Source: Macrostomum hystrix (lineage: Eukaryota; Animalia; Platyhelminthes). From it: DNA of 64,000 bases. The stretch lies in NCBI GenBank assembly GCA_950097015.1, contig CATNEN010000034.1, positions 6,696,001 to 6,760,000 of the forward strand, read 5' to 3'. This document shows, piece by piece, positions 63,868 through 64,000 of the stretch. Each line of letters opens with the position of its first letter. The first letter of the stretch is position 1. A program made the translations under genes and the position numbers. The notes under the pieces were generated by a model. That model did not search any database, had not been told where the DNA came from, and saw nothing but the letters and a program-made list of their open reading frames with translations.

Positions 63868-64000
63868 CTGAATTCCAGTACTCAAAGATCCTGAATTCCA
63901 GTACTCAGAGATCCTGAATTCCAGTACTCCGAGATCCTGAATTTCAGTACTTTGAGATCCCGAATTCCAGTACTCAGAGATCCCGAATTCCAGTACTCCG
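63868..64000. repeat. 23-bp tandem repeat (ctgaattccagtactcagagatc), runs off the window end
   Basis: About 6 copies visible. Confidence 0.9.

Overview
Eukaryotic, intron-containing genomic DNA with GC- and CAG-rich exons and introns full of minisatellites. The style resembles the flatworm Macrostomum, but the species is an inference. I reconstructed six protein-coding genes by hand from splice sites and frame continuity: the 3' part of vigilin/HDLBP (+), a G-protein gamma subunit (+), an SLC41/MgtE-type Mg2+ transporter (+), an ARHGAP19/RhoGAP54D-like RhoGAP (+), an EVA-1/EVA1C-like two-lectin transmembrane receptor (+), and the C-terminal exons of a probable casein kinase 1 gamma (-). About 30 mostly unrelated tandem arrays make up roughly a third of the window and explain nearly all long low-complexity ORFs in the track. 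Dispersed repeats are four copies of a tRNA-headed SINE, a second tRNA/CORE-like SINE, and an unclassified hairpin-rich repeat present once intact and once with an internal inversion. The most notable observations are: (1) an in-frame 360-nt lectin exon of the EVA-1-like gene bracketed by reverse-complementary arrays (circRNA or exon-skipping candidate); (2) a 2.6-kb CpG-eroded domain; (3) a minisatellite derived from a SINE tail; (4) a 3'UTR array of AATAAA signals. No CRISPR array, autonomous transposon or intact ribozyme was found. All counts were made by eye.
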